The notes under the pieces are model-generated. The model was not told the DNA's origin, made no database searches, and was given only the letters and a program-made list of their open reading frames with translations. A DNA stretch of 64,000 nucleotides from Sphyrna mokarran (taxonomy: Eukaryota), in contig JAGIQG010000003.1 of assembly GCA_024679065.1 (NCBI GenBank), forward strand, positions 33,232,001 to 33,296,000, read 5' to 3'. Positions 13,086 to 26,281 of this stretch are shown piece after piece (position 1 is the stretch's first letter; every line of letters starts with the position of its first letter). The position numbers and the translations under genes are program-made.

Positions 13086-13398
13086 CTTCTTTGCTGTGTA
13101 ACCACCTCCCACTGCTGATCCCAGCACAAGGTAACGAATTTTTAGCAGTCGTGTTGCCAATCTAGCAAGAATGAAATTTCTGTGAGAATAGTATTCAACT
13201 TTCCAAGGAAGTGGCTTTGCTGCCCTCAACGGAAATCTCTTCAAAGTGGAGTATGGCCGAGCAGCAGAATTCCAGTGTAGTCTGCGCGGATTAACGCGCG
13301 GTGTATTCAGGTGGTGAACAGTTCGGGACAGTGAGTACAGTCTCTGCGTAGGGAACTTCATTTTAATACAATATAGCTTCAGCGTGTTTGCCAGCAGG
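13086..13398 (-). CDS. OPA1: OPA1 exon 2 (313 nt): mitochondrial presequence, MPP site (HRN|F) and TM segment RYLVLGSAVGGGYTAKK
   Basis: ORF 12981-13412 contains RNFILARLATRLLKIRYLVLGSAVGGGYTAKK, diagnostic of OPA1. Acceptor ctaccacag, donor gtatgt; phase 2/0. Confidence 0.96.
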
Positions 13399-15379
13399 CT
13401 GTGGTAGAACAACAGAGAGAAAAATAAGCATTAGTGCCATGTAAATACATTGGGTTCACCACAGTAAGGAAAACTTAAAAGATTTTGGACTACAATAAAA
13501 TGTCTTTGCTCTGGAAAGGCTAGTGATCAAGTATTAAGCATGCAGGGGAAAAGTAAATAAGAAATACTGCAAAGTCAATCATTTCAGATGCCACCATCAA
13601 GCAGCGATAATCTTCCAAAATGGACAAAGGTTACACAAGTTGGCACAGAGAGAAGATGGAATATATGGTCTAAATAATTTAAAGATTGAAACATGAAAGC
13701 AGAATCTATTCCAACTTAAAGGCACATTATGACCATAACTGTCAATAATCAAACTCAACTGCACAAATGTACATGCTGCAGGACGATAGACTGAATTATT
13801 ATTAGTAATGCTTTCTATTACTAATTCATTTCATTTTTGAGTCAGAATCTAGAAAACAAAACAGTTTTATCATATTCCTAAAGGCTGACATTTCATTAAA
13901 AGAAGTAAGCTATGATGGGCCAAACTACTTCTTTTAATTTCTGACTTCCTATTCTCTTATGTTGTAACAACAATGTTATGTAGCTAGAATTGTCCATCTT
14001 AGTTAAAGTAACACAAATTATATTTTACCAGCAACTCAAAACAGAACACTCTTCTAATTAATACATTTACTTACTATTTCTTAAATCTCCTTATGTGAAT
14101 CTGAATAATCAGTTAGCGGAGCAACGGATACTAACTTTTAAGTGGCACAGAGGCAAGAATCATTCAAAATTCAACCTACTAAGATTTGCTATTTGTGCTC
14201 ACTATTACTCATGCATAAATGGTACAGCTATTTCACAAGGTGGGAGCCGATGGTCAAAGATGGCGATGTGTGATTAAGTGCAAATATCCAAAGGTTGTTG
14301 TCCAAGATGATTTGCTGTGCAAAAGCATCATTTTGCTGATTGTCAAATGATTGAAAAGCAAGGAATGACGTAAAGTCGATTTATTCACATAGTGGATGTG
14401 AACTCAACTCACTATGAGTCAAGCTTCACCATCTCAAGTGCAGCTACACTTTTAAAGACACAATAATTGTTAATTATGTCAATCAACTGCTCTGAAAATT
14501 AACTACTGCGAGTTGATATCTCATTCCTTCAGGTGCCAATTATTATTGGTGATCTTTTGAAATGTAAAATGCAAATTTTCCCAATTTTTCTCTCCCTCTT
14601 ATTTAGTTTTTCTTTCCTCTCTTTTTAAACCTGATATGACATTGAATTCACTCAGTCTAATCTACACTTCCTCCTCAGTCCTTGCTCTGTTGACTTTTTA
14701 GTTCTTCAACCTTACTGATCCAGGCAAAAATTGGTTCACTCGGGTACAAAAGATGCCACTTTTCTCAATGCGAACTTGTAACATCAGTTTCAACAATTTG
14801 CCATACAAAAAACCTTAACGTACAAGAGTAAATGTGATGATGGCAAATGGCATTAGATGTTCAGCTACAGCAAAATTTAGCCAACATCTTAAATGTTCAT
14901 AACAGTATTCACTTAAAATTATTTTTTAAAAATAATTTGAGCTCCTGTTTCAAAAGTTGATTGAAAACAGTTTAAAACAATTAACTACTTGTATACATTT
15001 AGGAACAGCATTAAAACAAAATGGAACTTCTGAGCAATTTCATAACTGCAACAAGCCTCAGATTATTGCACTTTGTTTCAATTTTCATTTAATGGTAATA
15101 TCTACTAAAGGTTTTTAAATTCTCCAGTCATTTTTTAGAAAGAATCTCAAGGGATGTGACATCAATTACTTGACTTTCTGAAGTAATTATGTTGTTACAA
15201 AGTAAGGCAACTGGCATAGGAAGATAATCAAATTCATCAGGTAGAATAAAAATTAAAGAGAAATGTAGAAAAATATTGTTGCAATTTTATACCATCTTGT
15301 GTTTACCATCACGATCTGCAACTCAACACTTCGGGATATAGAATCTTCAAGCAAGAAGGGCAGGAGACATTCCTTAACT

Positions 15380-18020
15380 AATAATGCAGTTAGTTGATAC
15401 AGTGAGAGATGATATCTTGGAGGGGGCATCAAACGAAGCTTTGTGGGTAGAGCTTAGGAATAAAAAAAGGGCAGCCACATTGTTTAGAGTTTACAATAGG
15501 CTCCAAAAAGTCAGAGAGATATTGAGAAGCAAATAAGCGCTCAGATGATGGCGATATGTAAAAGCCATAACAATATCATAGAACGTACAGCAGAGAGACC
15601 GGCCTTCGGCCCAAATGCCGACCAAAATGCCCACTTAGCTAACCCCATTTGCTTGCATTTGGCCCATATCCATCTAAACTTTTCCTATCCACGTATCTGT
15701 TCAAATGCCTTCTGAACGTTGTCAATGTCCCTGCCTCAAGCAGTTAATTCCATATACATGCTACCCTTGGAAAAAAGTTGCTCCTCAGGTTCCCATTAAT
15801 TCCCTCTCCTCTTAACTTAAATCCCCTTTAGTTCTTGGTTCCTCAACTGAGTGCCTTCACTTTACCCATGCCTTCATGAGCTTAAACACCTCTATAAGAC
15901 CACCCCTCAGTCTCCTATGCTCCAAAGAAAAAAGTCCTAAACTGTCCAATCTCTCCCTAAAATTCAGTCCCTTGAGTCCTGGCAGCATCCTTGTAAAGCT
16001 CTTCTGCACTTCCTTCAGTTTAATAACATCTTTTCTACAGCAAGGCAATCAAAACTGAACACAATACTCCAGGTGCAGTCTCACCACTGTCCCATCCAAC
16101 TGCAAATAACTTAACTTCAATACTCAGTGCCCTGACTGATGAAGGCCTGCATGCCAAAAGCCACCTTCAATGCCCTATCTATCTGTGACTCCATTTTTAG
16201 AGAACCATGCACCTGAACTCCAAGGTCCCTCTATTCCACAATACCCCCTAAGGTCCTACTTTTATTTGAATTTCCAAAATGCAACATCTCTCACTTCTCT
16301 GTATTGAATTCTATTTGCCATTTCTTGGCCCACTTCCGCAGCTGATCAAGACCCTGCTGCAATTTTTGATAACCTTCCTCAATGTCCACAATTCCACATA
16401 ATTTAGTGTCATCTACAAACTTACTGATCATGGCTTTTACATTCTCATCCAAATCATTGACATAGGGTTATTATATTAGATGATTTCAACTTTCCCAACA
16501 TTAACTGAAATATACATAGTGTTAAGGGCTTGGATGGAGTAGATTTCTTGAAATATGCATAGGAGAACTTTTTAAATCAATATGTGCAAGGTTCAACAAG
16601 GGAGGGAGCTGTGTTAGACCTGGTTCTGGAGAATGAAGCTGGACAGCTGGCTGAGATGGTAGTGGGGGAGCATTTTAGTGGTAGCGATCATAACATGGTA
16701 CAATTTAAGCTTGATATGGAGAAGGAAATAGACAAGCTGCACAGAAGAGTTTTGTACTGGGGGAGAGCAGATTTCGATAAAATAAGACAGGCCATGATAG
16801 ATTGGGAACAACTACTAATGGGAAAATCTACACAAGAGCAGTGGAGGGCAATCAAAAAGGAAATGGGAAGGGTCAAGCCCAGCATGTTCCCTCTAGGGTG
16901 ATAGCCAGCAATAACAAACTAGAGAATCATGGCTGGTCAGAGATACTTAGGTTATAATGAGAAGGAAAAAAAGGCTTTTAAAAAATAAAGGGGAGCAAAT
17001 CAGTGGAGGCATTAATGAGGCACAGAAAGTGCAGGGTGGAGTTTAAGAAAGCAATTAGAAATGCAAAGAGGAGATATGAGAAAGGTTTGGCTGGTAAAAG
17101 TAGGGAAAATTTCAAGATATTCTGTAAGTATATCAGTGGGAAGAGAATAAGGAGGGAGAGTGTAGGATGCAATAGGGACCAATAGGATAGTCAGTGGATA
17201 GAACCAGAGGACATTGCTTCACCCTGGAGAATGAGGACGATAGTATGGAATTCAAGGAGAGAGACTGTAAGGTTCTTGAGCAAATTAACAAAGAGAAGGA
17301 GATGCTATTTGAGATTTAACAGCCTTAAAAGAGCATAAATCTTCAGATCAAGATGAATTCTGCCCTAGGCTGCTGTGGGAGATTGCAGGGGCACTGACCC
17401 AAATTTTCAAGGGATATGCTGGATGGCTGGAGAACAGCTTATGTGGTTACGCTATTTAAGAAGATAGTAGAGATAAACCATAGAACTATTGACTAGTGAG
17501 TCTCATGTCAGTGGTAGGGAAACTATTAGAAAAACTTCTGAAGGAGTGCATCTGTCTCCACTTGGAGAGGCAAAACTTGATCAGGAAAAGTTAGCAAGGC
17601 TTCATCAGTGGGACATTATCCTGAGCAAATCTGACTGCACTTTTTGAGGAAGTGACCAGTGTGTAGACAAGCTAATGCAGTCAATATAATTTATATTGAT
17701 TTCAGCAAAGCCTTTTATAAGGTCCCACATGGAAGACTTGTAATAGTAAATTCACATGGGATACAATCATAAAGGAACATAGGTACAAGGTGAGGGACAG
17801 GAGTTTTGCGGGGATGTGAGGAAAACGTTTTTACCCAAAGGGTGATGATGGACTGGAATGCATTAAAAGATATCTGGAAAAGCACTTGGCATATCACATA
17901 ACATTCAGGGCTGTGGTCAAGTGCTGGCAGACAGGATTAGGTGGGAGCTCAGGTGTTTCTAATGTGATGGTGCAGATTTGATGGGCCAAAAGATCTCAAA
18001 AGAAATGTACGATTCTATGA
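15380..18020 (+). mobile_element. Decayed CR1 LINE (endonuclease, partial RT, 3' end; internally deleted) interrupted by an antisense CR1 piece
   Basis: ORF 16584-16901 has the TREGAVLDLVL and SDHNMV endonuclease motifs. RT motif YIDFSKAF near 17690; jump to the 3' end near 17770. Confidence 0.88.
15578..16462 (-). mobile_element. 5'-truncated CR1 LINE nested in the CR1 above
   Basis: ORF 15857-16048 (QKSFTRMLPGL...LGLFSLEHRRLRGGLIEVFK) is the CR1 ORF2 C-terminus; tail ttctatga at about 15578. Confidence 0.88.
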
Positions 18021-18104
18021 GGCAAAAATATGCAATCTCTTCTATCAACAGTAATAAATGAACGGGTAACACTCTAATACACAGTTAAGTACTGAAGTCC
18101 TTAC

Positions 18105-18127
18105 CTAGAGCAACAAAGCGATCTCAT
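18105..18127 (-). CDS. OPA1: Candidate OPA1 start-codon segment (MRSLCCS + 2 nt) within a 91-nt exon 18105-18195
   Basis: Long pyrimidine tract with TAG acceptor at 18196-18198 and strong donor AG|GTAAGG. The 23 coding nt give phase 2, matching exon 2. There is an in-frame TAA just upstream of the ATG. Homology to mammalian exon 1 is weak, so this call is inferred. Confidence 0.62.
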
Positions 18128-20137
18128 TCCAATTTATCCAACACTAGAGAACAAGGCAACATTTCCATTTTTATTTGAAAATGTATTGTTACGAGCTACC
18201 AAAGTAGAAAAATAAGAAAAAAATTGTTAGTCGTCAAAGACAGTACCCATTAAGAACACTGGATTTACATTCAAAGATAATAAAACACTGCTGTCCAAAT
18301 TAATAAAGCCATATTGATATTTTGGAGGTCATGCTTTGTGATGCAAGTCTTCCCAGAAGAGAATTCCATTGCATCACAAAGCACAACATCAGTGGTGCAC
18401 AAAGCTGTCCTCCGCATAATGCGCAACATAAGTGAACAACCAGCAAGTTACCAAAAAAATGAGGAGATTCAGCACTACAATTAAAAACTGAACCTTGGTG
18501 GAGTGCGCCATCAACAAACCAAAAGCTGACCGATTCCGTTGAATGGCACTAAAAGGAGAAATAAGCAACAGAATAGTGAACATGCAAGTTGCCAAATTTA
18601 TTTTCTAAGCTACCAATACTAAACTTAAAAGTAACAAAAAGCCAGCAAATAGCTGAAGTAACTTTCCAGTTTTTGTCTTCCATTTTCCTTACTGAATCTC
18701 AAGGTAGTGGATACAGTCAGAACACTTGTAGCATGCAAAGTTCCGCGAATGAGAAAAAGATGCATAATTATATGTGTTTTATGCCCAATTTCTAGGGTAC
18801 TACAATATTCAGTCTATCACTATAACCAACGTATCAACACATTGAAACAAGGGGAAGGAAAACACCAGCTGACCCAGCAAACCTGCCCACATTCATGATG
18901 CCACGACAATATTGATTAGGCATTTTTTGCAGCCCCCAGATACGGAGCAACTGTCTGGGGAGTGGCGGGGAAGAGTTAAAAAAGCAAACAGAAAATGCCC
19001 AGGGCCAAAAAGGAATCTGAAAATCCCTCTCCATCATGATCCCACCCTTACCTTCTGCAATCAAAACCCGTCCAGGAAACTACATCGTCATTATATGACA
19101 ATCAGCTAAAAAAAGATTCTAGCTTCAGTAAAAAAATTGTGACAGAAGTATAATTTTAATTGCACTTCCTTTAGAACTATAAAACCCAGAACATATGGTG
19201 ATATGTCATGATATTTGTTTTATTTGTTATTAGCAAGTGCGCACCACTAGCATTTATTGCCCATTCCTAGTTGCGCTCAATGAAGTGGCTGTGAGCTGGG
19301 CAATTAGAAATGACCAATCAATGATGGTCCAGCCAGTGGTACTCACGTGCCAAGAATAAATAAAATAAATATTATGGCAACTAAGCATAACATTTACAAA
19401 TGATAACTGAAGGGTTAGAATGCAGCAAAAAATTAAACTATGTGCTTTTTAAACCATTTTATACAATTTATTTCATTACAAATGTGACCTAAGATTTGAG
19501 AGCTTTATGTCTCTGATGAGACATATTTGTATCACAGCCAGTGATGATGGTGAATAATTCTAGACTTCAGGTGTTGCCAGTTAAATCATTTCGGTCCTAC
19601 ATCACAACTCAACTATACTTTAAAACCACTTCATCGCCTGTGAAGTGCTTTGAGATGTCCAGTGATCATGATCTGTAAATGCAAATCCTTCTTTCCAGGA
19701 CATCTCTTTGAATGTTGTAACTTGACTGTGGTAAAATTATCTCTTGTAAGTGCCAATCACAGCTTCAGCTACAATTATAAGCTTACCATAAACGGGAAGG
19801 GGCAAATTTTCAAAGAATTATAAAATGATTACACCACAGGAGGCCATTCAGCCTATTGGCCTGTCTCAGTTCTTTGCAAGAACCAATTATTTTGTCCTAC
19901 TACCCAGTTCTTTCACTGTGGTCCTGCATTATTTTCTTTTTCAGGTACTTATAAAGATCCCTTTTGGAAACATGATGCAATCTTCCTCCTGAAGCAGTGA
20001 ATTCCAGATCATAAATCATTAGGTAAGAAAAGCTTTTTATGCCACCTTTGGTTCTTCTGAAATTCGCCATCAGTAAATTTTCCTGGCTCTTAATCCTTTC
20101 CCAACAGGAACAGGTGTTTTATCTCGGTTACCTAGAT

Positions 20138-21455
20138 TGTTACGACCACAGCTGATGTTATCGCTGAGCAAGCCAAACCCCAAAATGAAGTCTTAAACTT
20201 CATTTATCTTAAACTTGAACCATTTTTCTTGAAATTGAGGAGTAAGAGCTTCTGACCTCAAAAGCATAGAGAACTCCAGTTACACCATTACAATTTTAAA
20301 AATTAAACTAATAAGAAAAATTATACTTACACTTAAGGTAAAAGTCAAACAATTAAAATAATCTTACAGAACTCCCCAGAAAATGCATAGTCAAGCATAC
20401 AAATTCAACTACCTTTTTGGCAACAACCCCTTTTAAAGATTTTAACCATTAAAATCTAGAAAATATCACCCAAGTCAAGGAATTGTTACCACTTTAATAA
20501 ATCTCATCACTTCTCAGCTCTTCCACTCTGATGTGGAATTCCAAAAGGTGGTTTCAAAACAAACCATTTCCTCAAACACGGACTTTTCCTGGCTTAACAT
20601 TGGGTTGCTGCCTCCAATTCTCAGTCTTTTTGGCTGAATTCAAGCATGAGATCAGAAGCCTGTTCTTGTTGGCTTGGATCTAGCATGTCTCCTTTGAAGG
20701 GACAATGAATTGGGTTCAATTTGAATTGGTTTCGAGAGCAAGCAAGGAGATGGATTAAGGACCTGCCATGTCTATTCTGTGCAGTGACTTTGTGACTCTG
20801 AGAAAGGATTTTTTTTTAATTTAGAATTTCCAGAATTTCTCAACATTCACATAAAGGAGCTAGTCTTCAGGGATTTTTCAAACAGCAACCCAAGTCAGTT
20901 AAACATCCTTTTCCTTAAATATATTTTCTCCTTTTTGTCTCAGGTTCCATCGTTCTTGAACACCTCTCTTAACTCAACTTCTACAAATAGAATAATTTTT
21001 CATGTTTCCTATTTTGCCTCAAATTTCAGGTCAATAAAATTTAACGTACCTTCCCCTGTTTACTCAAGGAACCTCTGTAAAGTGCAAATATTCCTGGTCA
21101 CCTTTGAACTTCCTTTTGAAATTCAGCAGCTGAAAAATCAATTTCCTAACTTATTTCAAAATGCAAATTTCAGAACCAATCTATTTACTTGTAATTCAAT
21201 CCTACCACATTACAAATGCACACATCCAACACCTTTAACTTTTCATCTCTTCAATCTCACAGAGGAGCTCTGAGCTCTAGTAATCTTCACTGTTTAATGA
21301 ACCCTGGTCTCTCTCACAGACATCTGTCAAGTTATTTGAATAACAGAAAAAAAACAAAGATTTAGGAGGAAGAATAGACAAATAAGCACTTCCTTCTTGT
21401 ACAAATCTGATGAACACTTTCCCTGACACACAGAACTGGCATAAAATCCATGACA
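20138..21455. mobile_element. Probable solo LTR (about 1.3 kb)
   Basis: TGTTACG...CATGACA inverted termini; flanks agat/aaat could be a 4-bp TSD with one mismatch; non-coding. Confidence 0.5.
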
Positions 21456-23229
21456 AAATTTCCTTCTTGAATTCCCGCCTACCCCTGGTTTGTGGAAGCC
21501 TACTGAGATAATGCCCCTAATAGGTCTAAGACAATTTGCTTAATAGGCATTATCCCTATTGACAACAAAAAACAAATTTACAGGCTGGAGGTCCTGTTGC
21601 TTGTGCCAGTATTTCCAGTGCAACTCTCACATAATAAGCACAATATTAGATTCAGCACAAATTTATCTAACTGTTTGTACCAGTTTGGAAAGCAGCATTG
21701 GAAGCCAGCCCAGCTCACAAAACTGCTCAAACTACAAATCAAATTAATCACCATGACAAGTTTTCATTAATTGCACATATCCACAAGCCCTCACAGAGGT
21801 TCTTAAAATCAAGCTTTTAATGTGATGGACAACTTTTGGACAACTTTTATAAGCTTTTAAATGTTGCCTTAACACAATAACTGAGATTTTACACCAATGA
21901 TGCTTGGAAATGGCCCTACACAGTTTTGAAATTATTTCCAATTATTTAAAATTGCATTACTCTCAGTGTAAATGAGACACTGATTTTTTTTTGTAAGATA
22001 TTAATGAAGCTGCACTAAGGGGCAATTAGGAATGGGCAACAAGGACTGGCCTTGCTGGGAACACCTACATCCTAACAAAAAAATTTTAAAAATGCCTCCT
22101 GAAGCACTTACTACAAACCTACTTTTGGACCAACTCTCTTCAATTACTGTCCTTTCCTGCATACTCTCCCATTTTTTCCTGCTATGAAAGGAGTCTGCAA
22201 GGAAGTGTTATAACAATAGCTTGTATTTATATAGCAGCCTTAATGAGTAAAACAGTCCAAGATGCTTCACAGAAGGTTTATCAGACACAATTTGATATCA
22301 AACCACCTTGAGATATTAGTAATGATAAGCACAAGATCAAAGGGGTGGAGAGGTGGAAAAATTTGAGGAGGGAATTCCAGAGTTTAGGACCAAAAAGTTG
22401 AAGATATTATCATTGATGGTGGAGTAAGTGGAAGGGACCAGAACTGAGAGTATTGTAGGCCTGGAGGAAGTTAAAAAAGAAATAGAGAACCACTTCAATA
22501 AACAGCTCTGCAATATATTCCTCATGGTATTTTACTTTCATTCTTATTTATCTCCTTTGTTCTGCATTTCAAATACTAACTTTATCTTCATAATTATTCT
22601 GACTACACCTCATACCTTTACAAGTCAATTAGTGGACTATTTATTCCAATCCTCCTGATAAGTATATCAGTTCCTTTGTTTCTTTCCCATCTCTTGTTCC
22701 TTTGTTTTTTATAACTCATTAGCTGTGTAAGTAGAAATCTCAATTCATTTTACAGATGAGATAAAATGCTACTTAAATGAGTGGAGTTTTCTTTGTCCTT
22801 GTTGCTTCAAGTTCAAAATATTTTCAAAAGCCTTGAGCTTTCATATTTGCTTGGTTTTGCAACTAATACCAATTTGTTGTAACAAGTTATGTTAAAAAGC
22901 AGTCTTGTTTATTCCAGGTTTCACTGCAAGCAATTATTCTCAAGTACACAGAATTCTGAAGAAGCACGAAATGTTCAAATAACAATCCCTCATCCTCAAC
23001 TGAATTCCACTTCCCCAAACACAACATTTTCACAAGGCCACTCAATTTCCAATTCTAAAGTTAAAGCTGACAGTAACTCTAACTCAATTTAAAAAAATCT
23101 ATATTACCCATGCAACCAAAATCAAAGCAACCAAGGAATTTCAATCTGATAAATATTTAAAGTGCTTATAAACAAAGCCAAATTTTATGTCAACTTTAAC
23201 TCCAGTGAGAAAAAAGCCCATTGTTAGTT

Positions 23230-23512
23230 CAGACATTCTCTTTTCCACCTTCTGTTGAAAAAAAGATACAGAAGTCTGAAGTCATGTACCAACCATCACA
23301 AGAACAGCTTCTTCCCTGCTGCCATCAGACTTTTGAATGGACCTACACTGCATGAAGTTGATCTTTCTCTACACCCTAGCTATAACTGTAACATTACATT
23401 CTGCACTTTTTTGTTTCCTTCTCCATGTATGGAATATTTTGTCTGTATAGCACGCAAGAAACAATGCTTTTCACTGTATACTCATACATGTGACAATAAT
23501 AAATTAAGTCAA
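23230..23512 (+). mobile_element. Rex/Babar-like LINE 3' end
   Basis: RYRSLKSCTNHHKNSFFPAAIRLLN C-terminal motif followed by a gacaataataaa tail. Further tail copies at about 39750 and 40500-40645. Confidence 0.75.
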
Positions 23513-23889
23513 AAGCTAGCAGAGATGATGGTCCAAATGATATGCTGCAGATTTATATTATTATATATTATATAGATTATGTGAAGATTACCATTTAATA
23601 AAATTTCAGAAATGTTATTTGCTGAGGAACTTTTCCCAGAATCCACTACAAACATGAAGCATTCCTAACTTGGGTATAACCAATCCAGATCAAATTTGAG
23701 ATTTTCCAAACTTATTTCACAAAAGATGCTTGCATCTCATCAAGATTAGATTTGAACCTAGGTATTAAAGATAAAAGCCTATTGTCTAATCACAGCACCA
23801 CACATCTCTCCAAAAATCATTAATGCATGAAAAAAACATTAAAAAACGAATAAGACTTTGCTCTAAAATGCTCTGAAAACAAATATGTG

Positions 23890-24083
23890 GTCTCACAACA
23901 CCAGGTTAAAGTCCAACAGATTAAACTGGTAACATGAGCTTTCAGAGCGCTACTCCTTCATTAGGTCAGTCCTGATGGAATGGCATTCCGAAAGCTCATG
24001 TTACCAAATAAACCTGTCGGACTTTAACCTAGTATTATGAGACTAACTGTGCCTACCCCACTCCAAAGCCCGCAATTCCACAT
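23890..24083. mobile_element. Short palindromic Penelope-derived element
   Basis: Two inverted pLTR pieces (ctcacaacaccaggttaaagtcc...ggactttaacctagtattatgagac) sharing sequence with the Penelope copies at 32.3 kb and 53.7-55.3 kb. Confidence 0.75.
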
Positions 24084-25569
24084 TGAGAAAGCAAATAGCA
24101 ATGGGCACTGGAGTGATACCTCAACACTGCAGTGAAAGTTTCTTAGACAACCTCTTCAAACATTGCAGGAGGGGTTGAATTTCAGAACCCCTGTCTAGAA
24201 GTTTAACTGGTCATTTATTCCACTATTGTTTACAAGGCCCTACGTGCAAATCTGCAGCCGTGTTTGTATACATACCCACTGACCTCACAAAACAGTACAA
24301 CTCATTTAATTTTTGTATCAATAGGCTTCAAATTAGATAATTTGTCAATAATTTGACAATCTGACAACCATCCTCAAAGTATCCTTGGTATCTAATTATT
24401 TTCACATAGTGAAATATCAAATTTTATCCATAGGATTTTTAAGAAGTTGATGTTGCAAGTGTAGAGAGCTTTTTCAGTATAATGTATTCAATTCCCATGG
24501 TTAATTCTTGAACTTTTTTTTTAACTGGTTAGTCCAATGAGATGTTAATATCTCTTATTCATTTCTCCAGATCAGAAAACACCACAGTGAATTTAACAAA
24601 CAAAAGAAAAGCTGTTTTCTATGGCAAGTGCACCATGTTAAAGACAAAGTTAATAATTTAAGAGAAACCTTAATTGATAACAACATGCTTTTCTAGGATG
24701 AATTTAAATGCATAATTCATCCAAACTCAAAAGTTGGCTCATGGCAAAAAACTTCTAATCACTGATATTGGGAGCAAAAAGTGGAAGAGATAGCCGGGTT
24801 CATTTGGAGGTACATGCTAACGCTAGTGATAAGTACTATCAGTTTGCACATATTTCTTGAATCTCATGGACTGCTATGTCTCAGATATTCATAAAACAGA
24901 ACGTGCTGTGGCTAAAGAAAGAACATACAATGGAAAAAGGTGGAGTCTCTAATTAAGAACTATCATAAAACCAAATCCTGAAGCGAGCAAAAGTATTATA
25001 GCAGAAACTAAATACGATGTTATCAAATTTATATTACGAACAAGGAAGGGGTTGATGTTAAAGTGATATACAAGATCATGTGAAAACACAAACACAGAAT
25101 TACATAAAGGTTCTCGGAATGAACGCAAAAAACATGATCGATTTAAAGATGGAACCCGTTGGGAAGAAATAAAGGATTGGTGTATTTTTGAATGACTCAT
25201 CTGGAAATGTAATTATTGATTCCTGATAGTCATTCCAGGCCAGTATAAACTATAAAGGTAACCTTTACTGTCTTGCATGACCTCAAACTAGAGGGGCTGG
25301 TAAAATAACCGCTGGACCCAGAGATGACAGCGGTGAAACTGACATTAACTGCAATCGCTGCTGTTACAAATGCAGATGTCCGGACGTTGAGCAAGGACAA
25401 GACGGGACTCGGTTTCACTTCCCTGCTCTGACATAGAGACGGTGCCACCGGTGAGCTGGAGGAAGGAGGTGGGCAGGATGGGGCTTTGGGTACAGATGAA
25501 CTTTGCACCGGACCGAGCAGGAAGAGCCGGCGGCTGCTGGGATCCGGGAAAGGGAGGCGGGAGACTCAC

Positions 25570-25800
25570 CGGCCGAGGCGCCCGGTGGAAGGGCGGCTTG
25601 GGCCGTGGCTCTCTGTCCCGGGAAGGGTGGCCGGGCCGAGCTTTCAGCCTGCTGGTTCGAGAGAGGGCGGGAGGGAGCTCCTTCCCGGTGCGGGAGAGAA
25701 AGGGGTCCCACTCGTCCTTCAGCCTGGGACACGCCGCCGCCCCCCCCGCTTACCGACACTGCGGTTCCCCGATCGCGGAATCCACCCGGAGCTTCATTCC
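25570..25800 (-). other. OPA1: Probable non-coding first exon of OPA1 (5' end approximate)
   Basis: Strong donor CCG|GTGAGT at 25570/25569 inside the only CpG island, oriented toward OPA1. No ATG is in a usable frame. Confidence 0.65.
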
Positions 25801-25815
25801 CGAGGACCAGCTCAT

Positions 25816-25824
25816 ACTTCCGGT
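25816..25824 (-). promoter_or_regulatory. ETS/GABPA (NRF-2)-type motif ACCGGAAGT
   Basis: Exact consensus (acttccggt on +) at the upstream edge of the candidate first exon. GABP sites are typical of nuclear-encoded mitochondrial gene promoters. Binding is not shown. Confidence 0.6.
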
Positions 25825-26281
25825 CCCGGCACAAAGGTCCGGGTGGAAACCCTCCGCCTGAACAATGGGTTCCCCCCCCCGGCTCTGCCTCCAGGATGTG
25901 GAGTGTCCAGAGCTGAGAGACACACATGAGCTTCTATCAATCCCACTGCTGTGTTTCATTGGGTTTCTTCTTCAAACAACATAATTTGCCTAAATCCTGA
26001 GAGAAATGTAGAAATTCAGTGTCCTTTATCCATAACTGTCTTGATAGGCAAATGTTAAAAGTGACATTTGTTTTAATTTAATGCAAAGGGAATCAGATAT
26101 ATTTTAACAGCTGGGTGCTTATTTTTTAACGTGAGGAGAAAGTGGCTTATTATTTGTTACCCAAGAGTGAAAATTCATTTAAAAGTATTTCAGCAACTTT
26201 GGGAGTTCAGTTTGTTTCTATTTGCATCATCAGGTCTGCGACATTGTTCCCCAGCTCACCAGCCAACTTCAGGAACAATGT

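Larger units (their letters stand above)
25330..25900. promoter_or_regulatory. CpG island / OPA1 promoter
   Basis: Abrupt GC- and CpG-rich block in AT-rich DNA with a GC box (ccgccc near 25737), directly upstream of the OPA1 exons. Confidence 0.85.

Noticed and set aside
25230-25959. Several overlapping 70-170 aa ORFs on both strands
   Set aside because: Stop-poor GC-rich CpG island giving G/P/R/A-rich products. The ATG at 25927 reaches the donor in phase 1 and hits a stop if joined to the next exon.
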